The notes under the pieces were generated by a model. It saw only the letters and a program-made list of their open reading frames with translations, was not told the origin of the DNA and ran no database searches. Shown one piece after another: positions 41,901 through 51,700 of a stretch of DNA of 64,000 bases. Each line of letters starts with the position of its first letter. Position 1 is the stretch's first letter. A program made the position numbers and the translations under genes. Source of the stretch: Nitrospirales bacterium (GTDB taxonomy: Bacteria > Nitrospirota > Nitrospiria > Nitrospirales > UBA8639); the NCBI GenBank assembly GCA_965203295.1, contig CBDBCZ010000018.1:832001-896000 (forward strand). Reading direction: 5' to 3'.

Positions 41901-44900
41901 TCGTTTCTGGATCGCTTCGTTGCGTAGACCGCAAACAAAACGATCGCGCAGAGCGTCTTTGAGGTAGTTACCGAACTTGCAATGGGTTGCGAGCTTTCGG
42001 AGAGCGGCGTCGTATTCCGCGATGGACTCTCCCATGGCCTGGTTGCGCTTGTGAAAGTGGAATCGTTCCGCGATCACAGCCCTCTTTGGTTCGAAATGCT
42101 TTTTCAAGGCAGCGGTGATTTCACCCAGGGACTTGTCCTTAGGAGCATCGGGTGCGAGAAGGTCGCTGAGGAGAGTGTAGGTAGATGAGCCGATTGCGCT
42201 CAAGAGAATGGGCACTTGCTTGGCGGCAGCGACAGTATTTGCTGTAAAATATAGCTCGGAGCGTTTGAGGTAAGTCTTGATAGACGCCGCATCCGGATTA
42301 AATTCCTTCAGAGTTCCGAAGGTGCGAGTTGCCATTGTGGGCAGTAGGCCACGATCCTCGTCGCCACTTTGTGATATTGTTGATTGCAGATAATATTCAT
42401 TGCATTTTGAACTCTCACTGAAGTACAAGAACAAGCTAGACTATTTATACAAAACCCAAAGAGCACGGAATGTTCTAGAAGTAACAGGTATATACACTAA
42501 GCAAGGAAGTAATAACAAAAGACAGGCAATAAGATAAGTTATAGTTAAACCACCCCCTAGACGCGTTTACCGGTAATACACGAGACAGTTCCGGGTAAAC
42601 CCCGAGGGCGAAGCCCGAGGGGTTTACCCCGGAACTGTCGAGTGTATTACTCGGTAAACGCGTCTAGGGGGTGGTTTAGCTGGTTTGTAGCATGGCAGCC
42701 ATACAAATCAAAGGCTACCGCTGCAAAAGAACCGCTTACGCAAAACGCTCGTGAAATCTGATTGGTCTTGCTATGGTTACGGTTGCATGGAAACTGCTTA
42801 CGTAAATCAGTTGTGAAATCTGATTGGTTGAATGCTATACTAAATTAATTAACGTCCTGAGAGCTATAGCTAACGGTACTAGCCAGCAGTTAGAAAATGA
42901 GTGAGCAGTGTATGATTTCGCCTTCGTTGCTAGCTCGCATAGAAAGTATTGACACTAAGAAGGCTCCAGATCTATTCAAGCTCGGAATGAGTGACTGGAC
43001 TTATTCCGACAGCGAGAAAGAGAATGATGACTTTCAGCCACCAAAGAAGCGCCTGAAACTACCTACTTCTTCAAAAGGGAAGCAGCGCTTTACTAAGATA
43101 GTTTCTTCAGCGGAACTGGAGTCTATTTCGAAGGGATTTGTCCCCTAAAACACCGAAAAGAACACGAGGTGGGCAATTTCCAGTTTCAAGCAGTGGATTG
43201 TTTCGCGAAATCAGCGTTGCGCTGTGGGCGAGACTATCGATGTTAACACAGCCTTTGGCACTTGTTAACAGGCAGAATGTGACCCCACCTGAGGTTCGGC
43301 CAACACAGCCTTTGGCCGGACCAGTGCAGTCAACCATGCTGCAAGCATCCAGTACAACTCATAATACCTCCGTGGTGCCATCAGCCCTCTTTGGTTCACC
43401 CAAAAATTGTACTATTAATGTGCAGGTGTTTAACCAGGCATCGATTCAGAACTTTCAAGGCATGAGCACTTCAGTCACTGTACCTGTGGACACTGATGAC
43501 ATGTTTGTTGACTCAGTTTTGGCCTCAAGCAACATGCCTTTGTAAAACCTTCATTCATCTGTTTTGAGTTTTTGTAAAACCTTCATTCATCTGTTTTGAG
43601 TTTTTGTATTTGTTTGGTGACTATGCAAGTGTTTTTGCTGCCGTGTTCTAACTGCCCTAATTGCCGTGTTCTAACTGCCCTAATTGCCATGTTCTAACTA
43701 CCACTAATTGGAAGTTAGAACACGCCTGGCACTTAGAACACCTCTACACTATATAAACCGTAGGTGGTGCCTTTGATTTGTATGGCTGCCATGCTACAAT
43801 TTACAGGTAAAGGTGATAATCCAAAGTACCAGGAAATATTTACACACAATATTTACTACTAACACATTCACGTCTAAAGGTGAATACAAGTGTTACTTCC
43901 TAACAGAAGGGTAAACAGTCTTGAGGAAGTGGAGAATTCACTATCTATAACAAGACACCCTTGGTAGCTATATGTACAAGAGCGTATACATGTTATGGCT
44001 TCCATAGATTATGTGTCAGGTGGGGATGGCTAAACTTCGAGTCGCCAACTTCGAGTTCGAGTTCGAGTTGCAGATTTTTAACCTGTTTTTTGCGCTGCAG
44101 ATGTTTAACCCTGCAGCTGTTTAACCCGTTTCATGCGTTTACTGTTAACTCTCTGCATGCATACATGTACATGCATGTGCAGATGTGCGTAGCTAGCTAG
44201 CGCTAGGGTTGACTGCGTTGACTGACGGCGTGTGCGTACAGTACTACTAAGTGTTTCCACTGACGGTACATCCTCACCAGAAGCTCAATCGTGCCGTCCG
44301 TCTCCAGCCCTCGAATCTCTGCTTGCAGAGCGGCTATATAAACTCTACTAACCAGGGAGCTGTAGTAAGCCTTACTTGATAAACTTGTGTAGTAGACTTA
44401 CCCAGATCTCTGCCTGTTTCTGCACCAAGAGTTTGAAGACGGCATATATAAGCGCTAGCTGAAATTCTGAGTCCGTATGTCGTGATTATTGGGCGATTAT
44501 TGGCCTCGTGGCGCTCGGCAATAATTATGCGCATGACGCAACTGGAAGTATTCCGCCCACATCAGTCTGTCGAGCGCGAGTCTGGTTCCCGCAAGAATTT
44601 CATCGAGCTAGCTGTTCGTAGGTCTACATGTCATAGTAGTTATACTCAAGGGACCTACATATCTGCCGCTAGGATTGAGATGCTGAGCTGCTAGTCTCGA
44701 GACTAGGATACAGCACTCCACGTCCGGTTAGGGCGGGGCCTAACTCGAACTCGAACTCGAACTCGAACTTTGTGACTCGAAGATTAGCCATACCCGTGTC
44801 AGGTATTTTCTTACTGCTTATTTGATTCCTATTTTGATAGCAGAAGCAAAGTGGCTTCCTAACTACATGAGGTAGATACTTTCCCACTGTTTATTTGATT

Positions 44901-47226
44901 CCTATGTTGATTGCAGTAGCAAGTGGCTATAACGAATAATGTTGTTGTTACTGAAAACTGCAATGCATGGCTTGTCCCTGCAAATACAAACAACATCACA
45001 ATGTACAACAATAGTAACAAGGTTTAGTGGCATAAAAATTTGGGTTTATACTGTGTGGGAGGTTTAAAGGTGCAGGTAGGACTCTATAAGTCTATAAGAC
45101 AGCTGTCCATGCTCTAAGTATAGGATAGATCACTGCATAGCGGGGTGTATGACCCGTTATCTACCGCGGGAAAAGTTATCTCCCGCGGAAGCCAAGGAAG
45201 TTCCGAGGGCGAAGCCCGAGGTACTTCCGAGGCTTCCAAGGGAGATAACTTTTCCCAAGGTAGATAACGGGTCATACAACCCGCTACGCAGTGATCTATC
45301 TATTTTGTACTATGCCTAAGTCATTCTAACAAGAGTTGGTAGATCTGTAAGAAAAGCTAGAAGCTTGAAAGGCTGCACCGTTCAGCACGATAGAGCAAGC
45401 GGGCCAACTAGCATCAAGACTCGATCGACGGAGTAGAAGGCTAAGCTACAGCAAGGAAAACATTCCCAGAAACTGTAGCAAGACTGAACTACAGCTAGGA
45501 GCCATAGTAAGTAACCATCCATCCCGAGCCTAGTGCCATTTGACACAAAACGGTAGGCTGGCAGCGTTACCACACGCACAAAAACACAGAATCTCAGCGA
45601 AACTAGAAAACAGTAGCTTACCGTACTTTTCCATATCACTTTCCAACGATTTATGAGTAAAATAGCCGCCATACGATCTGCCTAGGCTCCCCCAGCCACC
45701 AGCTACTGTAGCTTTCTCACCGTTTGAACGACTGGAACGGAACCGGGTACCGTTTCACGTAGGCAATCGGGGTATATTTTTTCCCGCGGTAGAATATGAC
45801 CCGTTATCTACGCGAAATGCTGAAATCTGATTGGTTAGAATGACTTAGGTATAGTATAAGTAATAATTAGATACCAGTTGGCAGTGCATTACGGGATAAA
45901 GTTAGCACGCGAGGACAATTAAGTAACGGTCGAGGGCGGATAATGCGGCGAGTGTATTATCGCCCTCAACTGTTACTTAATAGTCCGAGCGTGCTAACTA
46001 GTCCCGTAATGCACTACCAGTGGTATCTAAAGTATTTGGTTCTCTCCCTGACCAGAGACAGCGACAGTTATGTTGGGCGTTATTTAGAAAAGTGTGCACT
46101 ACGCAATTTAATGCGCAGTTATGTGATCGATTTTGAGACTTCTGAATCGTCGAAGGTCACACTAACCACTAACTGCCAATTACTGTAGAAGGTCACAATA
46201 ACTACTAACTGCCAATTACTGTAAAAGGTCACACTAACTACTAACTGCCAATTACTGTAGTTAGAGCATGATTACGCTCTAACTACCCTGATTGGCAGAT
46301 AGAGCATGGTTAAACAACGTTACACTGAGTTAACAGCAGAAGGGTCGGGGCCAACTCAGAAAAGAGTTCTATGGAACCCGGCATGAATCTACTGTAGTTA
46401 CGGGAAGTCACACGCTCATGGCACACTTTTGATGAGCTGCTGCCTTGTGACATAGCAGACTCTGTTAATTTGGTTAGAGCATAGAAAACTTATATTGAGT
46501 AGCTGCAAACCCACAAATGAGAAATTATTCATGACAGTACAAGCCACTAAATTAAATTAGATGGTTTCCGTTTACAGGGAACTCACTGAGGCTTCATCAC
46601 ACAATGCCATTAGCTAACTATAACATAGACATCTTTCCTAGAGCATAGTATGAACCTCATTGAGCATGGCTCCGTGCATGCACAGCCTGTAGTCTCCAAG
46701 CCAGCAGCCATGCACGCACTAACTTGATAGTAGTCTATAGCTAGCTGCACACACAAATAATTATTATTTCTTTACAAGGCATAATTATAATAGGACCTAT
46801 ACATAGTTGAATATGAACTCTTTCTGATCACTGCACGCACCACCGATACTTTAGTATAATGTTACTATAGTAACAAGTGTATGGAATAATTTTCATAGAG
46901 TATAGTAAGAATCCCATAGAGCATAGGAAGCTGCCAGATTAAATTCTTGCAGTTAACCTGTACTAAATAACTCAGAGCATGGGCAGCTATGTTCTAACTA
47001 GACCTCGACTTCGCCTTGACCTAGTTAGAACATAGCTGCCCCATGCTCTAAGCTATACATAGTTAAACCGCGCTACCTGCTGTAGGGAAATTTCACGCAT
47101 CACAGACAAAGCGGCGTCCGTTTCATCATCTGTCTCCTCAGGCACTTGTAGCAAAACGGTCATCTCCTGCTGCTCTTCCTCAACGCTTGGCGTTGCGGAG
47201 CGGAATTTGTTCACAACCTGGCCCAT
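14940..47226 (-). CDS. TRPA1: TRPA1-like ankyrin-repeat TRP cation channel, 19 exons, about 865 aa
   Basis: Manually spliced GT-AG exons, phase-consistent, no internal stops: 47226-47077, 39839-39686, 30863-30767, 30255-30174, 29592-29494, 29140-29048, 28608-28510, 25880-25782, 25525-25427, 24998-24862, 24483-24380, 23335-23118, 22297-22126, 19444-19391, 18961-18540, 17569-17369, 16850-16782, 15467-15357, 15077-14940 (2598 nt). It has 10 ankyrin repeats, TRPA motifs (TPMR..I..MP..A..VLDRC, NHPL..M, LLQHPLV..L...[39 protein letters not shown]) and a C-terminal coiled coil. The symbol means homolog; orthology is not established. Confidence 0.9.
19711..20226. mobile_element. Tc1/mariner-pogo-like MITE
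   Basis: TA TSDs, perfect 25-bp TIR CCGTATTTCCGCGATCAGACGCCGC and subterminal GCCGCCCTCGA repeats. Confidence 0.85.
21479..22088. mobile_element. MITE with TGTGACCGGATTTGYGAAAAGGGAC TIRs (superfamily unresolved)
   Basis: TIRs flanked by TA (alternatively ATAT). Close copy at 40225-40860. Longer or decayed relatives at about 20270-21407 and 22450-23020. Confidence 0.8.
23371..23956. mobile_element. Diverged copy of the 27282-27926 MITE
   Basis: Reverse-complement similarity over most of its length (shared pseudo-[20 protein letters not shown]). Confidence 0.75.
24703..24818. repeat. Tandem duplication, 57 bp x2 (intronic)
   Basis: Identical units start at 24703 and 24760. Confidence 0.9.
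26619..27205. mobile_element. piggyBac-like MITE
   Basis: TTAA TSDs. TIRs CCCTTTGGCTTCC / GGAAGCCATAGGG. Confidence 0.75.
27282..27926. mobile_element. TTAA-targeting MITE (CTCATTGCA termini, piggyBac-like)
   Basis: TTAA TSDs. TIRs CTCATTGCATGCC / GGCGTGCAATGAG. Diverged inverted copy at 23371-23956 and a terminal fragment at 63625-63682. Confidence 0.8.
28784..28856 (-). repeat. Second tRNA-Thr(AGT)-like copy, in a TRPA intron
   Basis: Same body and the same about 70-bp upstream flank as 61755-61828; imperfect stems. Confidence 0.6.
31367..32854 (+). mobile_element. Crypton-type (DUF3504/ZMYM-like) tyrosine recombinase pseudogene
   Basis: Frameshifted fragments give [103 protein letters not shown], i.e. 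the R-K-HxxR-H-Y catalytic set. Element termini were not identified. Confidence 0.88.
33480..37870 (+). mobile_element. Decayed DIRS/Ngaro-type tyrosine-recombinase retrotransposon
   Basis: Gag-like ORF 34065-34673 ([11 protein letters not shown]). RT fragments 35330-35830 ([42 protein letters not shown]). RNase H about 36100-36290 (SDAS, REL.P, CDNTAAV). YR 36340-36630 ([14 protein letters not shown]) and 37240-37460 ([21 protein letters not shown]). Many stops and deletions; boundaries approximate. Confidence 0.85.
36640..37220 (+). mobile_element. Insertion with a RecQ-helicase motif-I remnant, probably an AcademH-type DNA transposon derivative, splitting the DIRS YR gene
   Basis: Begins TAGCCTCGTAGCCAAG. 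36884-37006 encodes [40 protein letters not shown] (RecQ-like LPTGxGKSLCY). Right end not clear. Confidence 0.6.
37959..38935. mobile_element. piggyBac-like non-autonomous element
   Basis: TTAA TSDs at 37955-58 and 38936-39. TIRs CCCTTTATACCCCGTA / TACGGGGTTTAAAGGG. Subterminal direct repeat ATGACGTGT..ACGTCTACGG. Confidence 0.8.
38547..38883 (-). mobile_element. 337-bp miniature derivative of the 42539-43803 hairpin element
   Basis: Shares both termini with 42539-43803: IR TTGTAGCATGGCAGCCATACAAATCAAAGG at 38551 and hairpin 38746-38876. TAA repeat at both ends. Nested in a piggyBac-like element. Confidence 0.85.
40225..40860. mobile_element. Second full copy of the TGTGACCGG MITE
   Basis: TIR TGTGACCGGATTTGCGAAAAGGGA at both ends with (A)TA(T) flanks; body matches 21479-22088. 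Confidence 0.85.
41226..43905 (-). mobile_element. 3'-truncated Ty3/Gypsy (Mag-like) LTR retrotransposon: 5' LTR, PBS, gag-protease
   Basis: ORF from ATG 42335 has two CCHC knuckles ([28 protein letters not shown]) and protease LDTGAAVS, and is cut at ...GPSLLG (41226). PBS TGGCGACGAGGAT (42354-42366) matches the tRNA-Ser(GCU) 3' end. LTR TGTTAGG...ATCACA spans 43905-42370, about 274 bp after removing the nested insertion. Confidence 0.88.
42539..43803 (+). mobile_element. Internally deleted Crypton-type element with terminal hairpin, nested in the Gypsy LTR
   Basis: Hairpin 42546-42678, perfect 30-bp IRs at 42685-42714 and 43770-43799, and TTA direct repeat at both ends. Remnant ORF from 42897 reads MISPSLLAR...[36 protein letters not shown] (Crypton N-terminus with one nonsense codon) plus C-tail [12 protein letters not shown]. 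The catalytic core is missing. Confidence 0.82.
44022..44795. mobile_element. Non-autonomous DNA transposon with 9-bp TSD (MULE- or Merlin-like)
   Basis: TSD GTGTCAGGT at 44013-44021 and 44796-44804. TIR GGG(G/T)ATGGCTAA(A/T)CTTCGAGTC with subterminal (TTCGAG)n. The empty site is visible in the duplicate segment near 40964-40972. Confidence 0.88.
45118..45860 (+). mobile_element. Hairpin element family C
   Basis: Hairpin 45125-45299 with apex CCGAGGGCGAAGCCCGAGG. Inner IR about 45304-45330 pairs with terminal IR about 45835-45860 (GTTAGAATGACTTAGG(C/T)ATAGTA). Confidence 0.75.
45861..46172 (+). mobile_element. Hairpin element family B, copy 3 (apex partly deleted)
   Basis: Hairpin 45868-46030 plus the same tail as copies 1 and 2. 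Confidence 0.8.
46153..46260. repeat. 36-bp x3 tandem repeat
   Basis: AAGGTCACA(C/A)TAAC(C/T)ACTAACTGCCAATTACTGTA(G/A) at 46153, 46189 and 46225. Confidence 0.9.
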
Positions 47227-48787
47227 TTTGTAGCTAGCTACGCACATGTATCATGTATAGACTCGCAATTACCAATTATTAAAGTGTAGTCACGTGCGCA
47301 ATCACTGGTATTAAAATATAAAGGAGCCAAAAGTCTAGCGAATCAGCCCTCGCATGAAAAACTCGAGGTGCCAAGTGTGACGTGTTATACAGGAAGCTAC
47401 AGGATGCAAGTCAGTGCTGGCCCTGCCGGGCTCAGTTTGGCACACCACAGCTAAAATGAATGGAGTGAGGCCGCAATTCTCCCATATCACAATACTTTCT
47501 GCTTTTGAGCTGCTCAATATGGGGTTTGTTGCATAACTCAGTGTGCATGCCGGCTATTTGTTTCAGCAGCAGGATAGCTATACACATCGCAAATTTCTTC
47601 AATTCCGACCCAAAGCTCAGCCAAAGTTTTTTGGTGGCAACATTTCGACTGCAGTGTTGTAGTCTTCTTCAAGGCATGACCAACACTGTAGTCGAAATGT
47701 CGGCAACTAAAGGACTTCTGCAGAATTTCCGGTTGGAATTGAAAAAACTTCGCGAAACTCTACTAGCCAACGGAGAGAATCTCTGAATAATTAGGATACA
47801 CACAATTCAGTGCTTTGACTGACGTTCAAAAGTGTGTAGATTATATCCTCGGTCAGGTACAATTTATTACCTAATATAGACGTTATTATATTATAACGTC
47901 AGCCTCTTTATAAAATACATCATATGGCGTTATAAGAGCATGGCAGACTCTTCTTTTGCTATGTAGCTATTATTACAGAATCACAGTGAACCTTTAGCTA
48001 TAAACTTTACAGTTTACTACATGTCATGGTGTCAGATGTGCACTCAAGAGCAGGGCCAACAAATATAGTTATAAAATTGTAATGTCTACATGTATAAATA
48101 GCCTTTTTCCCCTTCTCAAGCAAGAAGATGCAGTAAACAGTGGTCCATTGATTTCTCTAGATATCACTAACTACGTAGTGTGTTTTCAAAAAAGATTGCA
48201 TTTGGATGAGCAGATGCCTGTCTGAACTTCTTGGTCTAAAACTTTACGTAAAATAGAAAATCTTATGTATAGCTATGTGTTACTCTTCTATTGGCATTGA
48301 GTATACATACATAGTAGTCTCCCAGTCGAAGGGTGAGACTACAATATTGGTAAATTATGGCTAATGGCTTCTAAGCTACCAATCAAAACAATAAGGCATG
48401 CATCCCATGCATCATAAACAAGTAGATCATAGCTATATACGTATGTCTGCTAGCTATGTCTACGTACATGTATGTGTACATTCATACCTTTGAAGTTTTT
48501 CTGTTACCTAAGAGATGCATATGCTGAGTGGGTGGATGCGGTTGAATAGCTGTGTCTACAATGGAGTACACCAAAACAGAAGCCAAGTATGTAGAGTCTG
48601 ACGCCATATGATGTATTGAGGTCTGTTAGTACTTAAATAAAAAGCGCGGAGGATACAATGTACACACTTGTTTTTTGAACATCAGAGCACTGATTCAGAA
48701 TTGGTGCTGAAATCTAATAGCCATCACTGAGGTAGTTGGGTAGTTTAGGGAGCAGCAGAAAGCGCTATTTTAGCAGTCTTTTTCAGT

Positions 48788-51700
48788 ATGGATAATCTAG
48801 TTTGTTCACAGAAGGCAAAGAGTCTACTCCTACTCTGCTGCTGTTCAGCGTTGGTAGTCTTGACTGGTGTGAAAGCAGCAACACAGACAGAGGACTTGAG
48901 TGGCTTACTCACAGAGTGCTCCGGTATTCGTCCAAGATTTCCTCCACCAAAGTCAGTACTAGAAGTTGTGTATCAGTGAATGTACACAGTTATTCAGTGA
49001 TACAGATATTTTATGTACATTAACCTTGAAATCTGCCATATACATACTGAAGTCCTCAAGTTTTTTTTTTTTTTGCATCAGAGTAGTATAACTTAGTAAT
49101 AATCTCTTAAAAATAGAAAGTTTATTATAGCAAACACCCTGGGGAGGTGCAGTCACAATTATTGTTTGACAGTTGTGGCTCAGTAAATCCCAGGGTACTT
49201 GTGTAATGCCCATTTTTATGAATACAACCAATGTAATATGTTTTTGGAAGGAGATGTGACTGCTAATTACTAAAGCAGCAAGATCTTTAATTTGATGACC
49301 ATGTGTGACAAGTGGTGATGCGTACACAGCTACATACTTGTATACCTCTTTAAAAAGAGGCAGGAAAGTTACAGACTTGACCCTTTTCACACTCTGCTAT
49401 GACAATGTCATAATAAATTACATTATTTACAGAATTGAAAGAAACAGCTAACAATCACTGTATTATGTGTAACTGGTAGCCATAGCATCACACGTAAATG
49501 AATGTCACTTGAGTATGTCTTCAGCCTTCCTTTGTCCACAAACTTGCCTGTAAAATTAAATTGAAATCTTATGATCTATACACAGTGGCCGGGCATTGTT
49601 ATGGCATACTGTGTAATAATTGGCTGAACCTTCATCTGTTGTGAGGCCGGACTCGCTAAGCCTTAGCAGCTTGCTAGTGCTATGGCTAGCAGCCACACAG
49701 TCTCCAGCCATCACTTTAATCACCCTGGATACCATTAATTGTACCACTGAAGCCAAACTTCACAAAGGGCAGTGTATATCTCAGACCATTGAAACACGTG
49801 GTCTTAGTAGATAAGTCACTAAGATACTGCCTGTAGTGCCTTTGCAGAGTATATATGGCTTTTGGCTGACCTCTGCCCCACCAATTGGCTGTGTCTTGGT
49901 GGTTTAGCCATATTAATGAGGATTATGTATAGGGCAGCTAAGCCATGCACCTCCGCCTCGTATTACCTTAGCTTATACAAGGTCTGCAAAGTATTTAATT
50001 CATGGGTGAATCGTGCGGGATTAATGAGGAATGCTTCTTTTCACTCGAAGTAGCTATATACAAAAATAATAAACTGCTGCCACTATTACTTCAAAAATCA
50101 GTTCACTGCTGAATTTAATAGCCTACTACAGTAAATTAAGGTTTCAGTACATGGTTCACAGCTGAAGAAATCGGAATTGAAAAGTGAATAATTGCATGGC
50201 TATGTATACAAGAGCCTGAATGGGCTGACGAAATAAGTGGAAATAATTATATATGACCCTCGCAACACCGTTGAAATGCATTTCAGGGGACACGGGACAA
50301 TTCGTGCCATTGGTACAAAATTCTGAGTTGTTCCACTCTGTTTCCAGCCGTTTGAGGGCTACACTCATTTTTTTCCATATGACAAATTTCCATCTATGAT
50401 CCGGTTTAGGACATCACTACAACATAATCCTCTTTGAAATAGCTGCATCAATACTTGCAGCGTAATAGTCAATAATGCCCTGTGAAAATTTAAGCGCGCA
50501 CCTCTATAGCTGCTTCCGTAGCTAAAATACCTTATATATTGTTCTTTTGACTGTTTGAACTAGTTTTGCTTTTTTCCCCTTACAATACAGCACTCTAGCA
50601 TGTTACCGAACCAGAATTCATGAGAGGGGGCCGTTTAAATTTTGTGAGCCACGACTTGTAAGAAACAAGACCATTCCGATGACAGGTAAGTTGTGTCTAT
50701 ACTCACAGGTAATACAATGTGTGCATGACTACAGTAATTAGGGATACCTTTTCTTTAGTTATAGCCCATTGCTAAGTTTCTAGAGGCCCTATAAATCAGC
50801 AACATAACTCCAAAAGTGCTGAGTCAGCTATATTAAGTGTGAACTATGCTATATCAGGTGTGAAGAGTGGCCACATGTAATAGTTAAAGGGTATGTTTTG
50901 GTGAGGGAGTTCATCCACTCACCCAAACTGTCCCTTAACGTATTTAAAATACATTGGCATAGCATTGTATGTGGCCTCCTTTGAGTGCTATATGCATGGG
51001 GAAAAGTTGTTGCCATGGTAATGTACATTGAAAACTTCAAAAGCAACCAACTACAGGTAGCAATGAGCTATAAATCTACTGCATGTTGTATCACCCTTCC
51101 ACTCCACTTTAAATCTCTTATATCATTTCCACTCGTGATGTTGCAGTTTATAAGCCCTCCCCCTCAGGCTTAACCAGCAAAATCACTCGTAAGGGTGATA
51201 CAAATAATATGTGAAGGGTTAGTCTTGTTACATGGAGCATTATTATAGTAACAATCCCATAGAGATATCATGAGAATGCTTATTATGCTAAATGGCTTAT
51301 ATGGAATATGGGTAGCTCTATGTTCTAACTAGACCTCAGCTCAGCTTAGCCTCAGCCTAGTTAACATACTTAGCTTCTCTTTCAAAAGTACCTATTGTGC
51401 ACCTCGGCCTTATATAGAGCCAAGCTGCACACGTATGCTATACTCATTACATAGACCTTTTAAAAATATCTATGTTTCAAATTTTGCAGGGAGAAGTACC
51501 AACTACACTATTCTACACATCAACTCACCTGGAAGACTCAGAGATAAAACTTATGTCAACAGGTAATGCATTACGTTCTAGTAGTGAGTCTTACAAAGTG
51601 TAATTTGCACTTATTATTGAGTAAGCTGTTGCTATAACATAGAAAGAAATTGACAATGTGACTATGAACGTCATATTTGAATTTTACTGAATGTCATGTA

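Noticed and set aside
40877..45049. The 350-bp direct repeats as Gypsy LTRs
   Set aside because: They lack TG...CA ends, and the PBS abuts a different sequence at 42370.
46153..46260. CRISPR-like array (36-bp repeats)
   Set aside because: The units are contiguous with no spacers, there are no cas genes and the context is eukaryotic.
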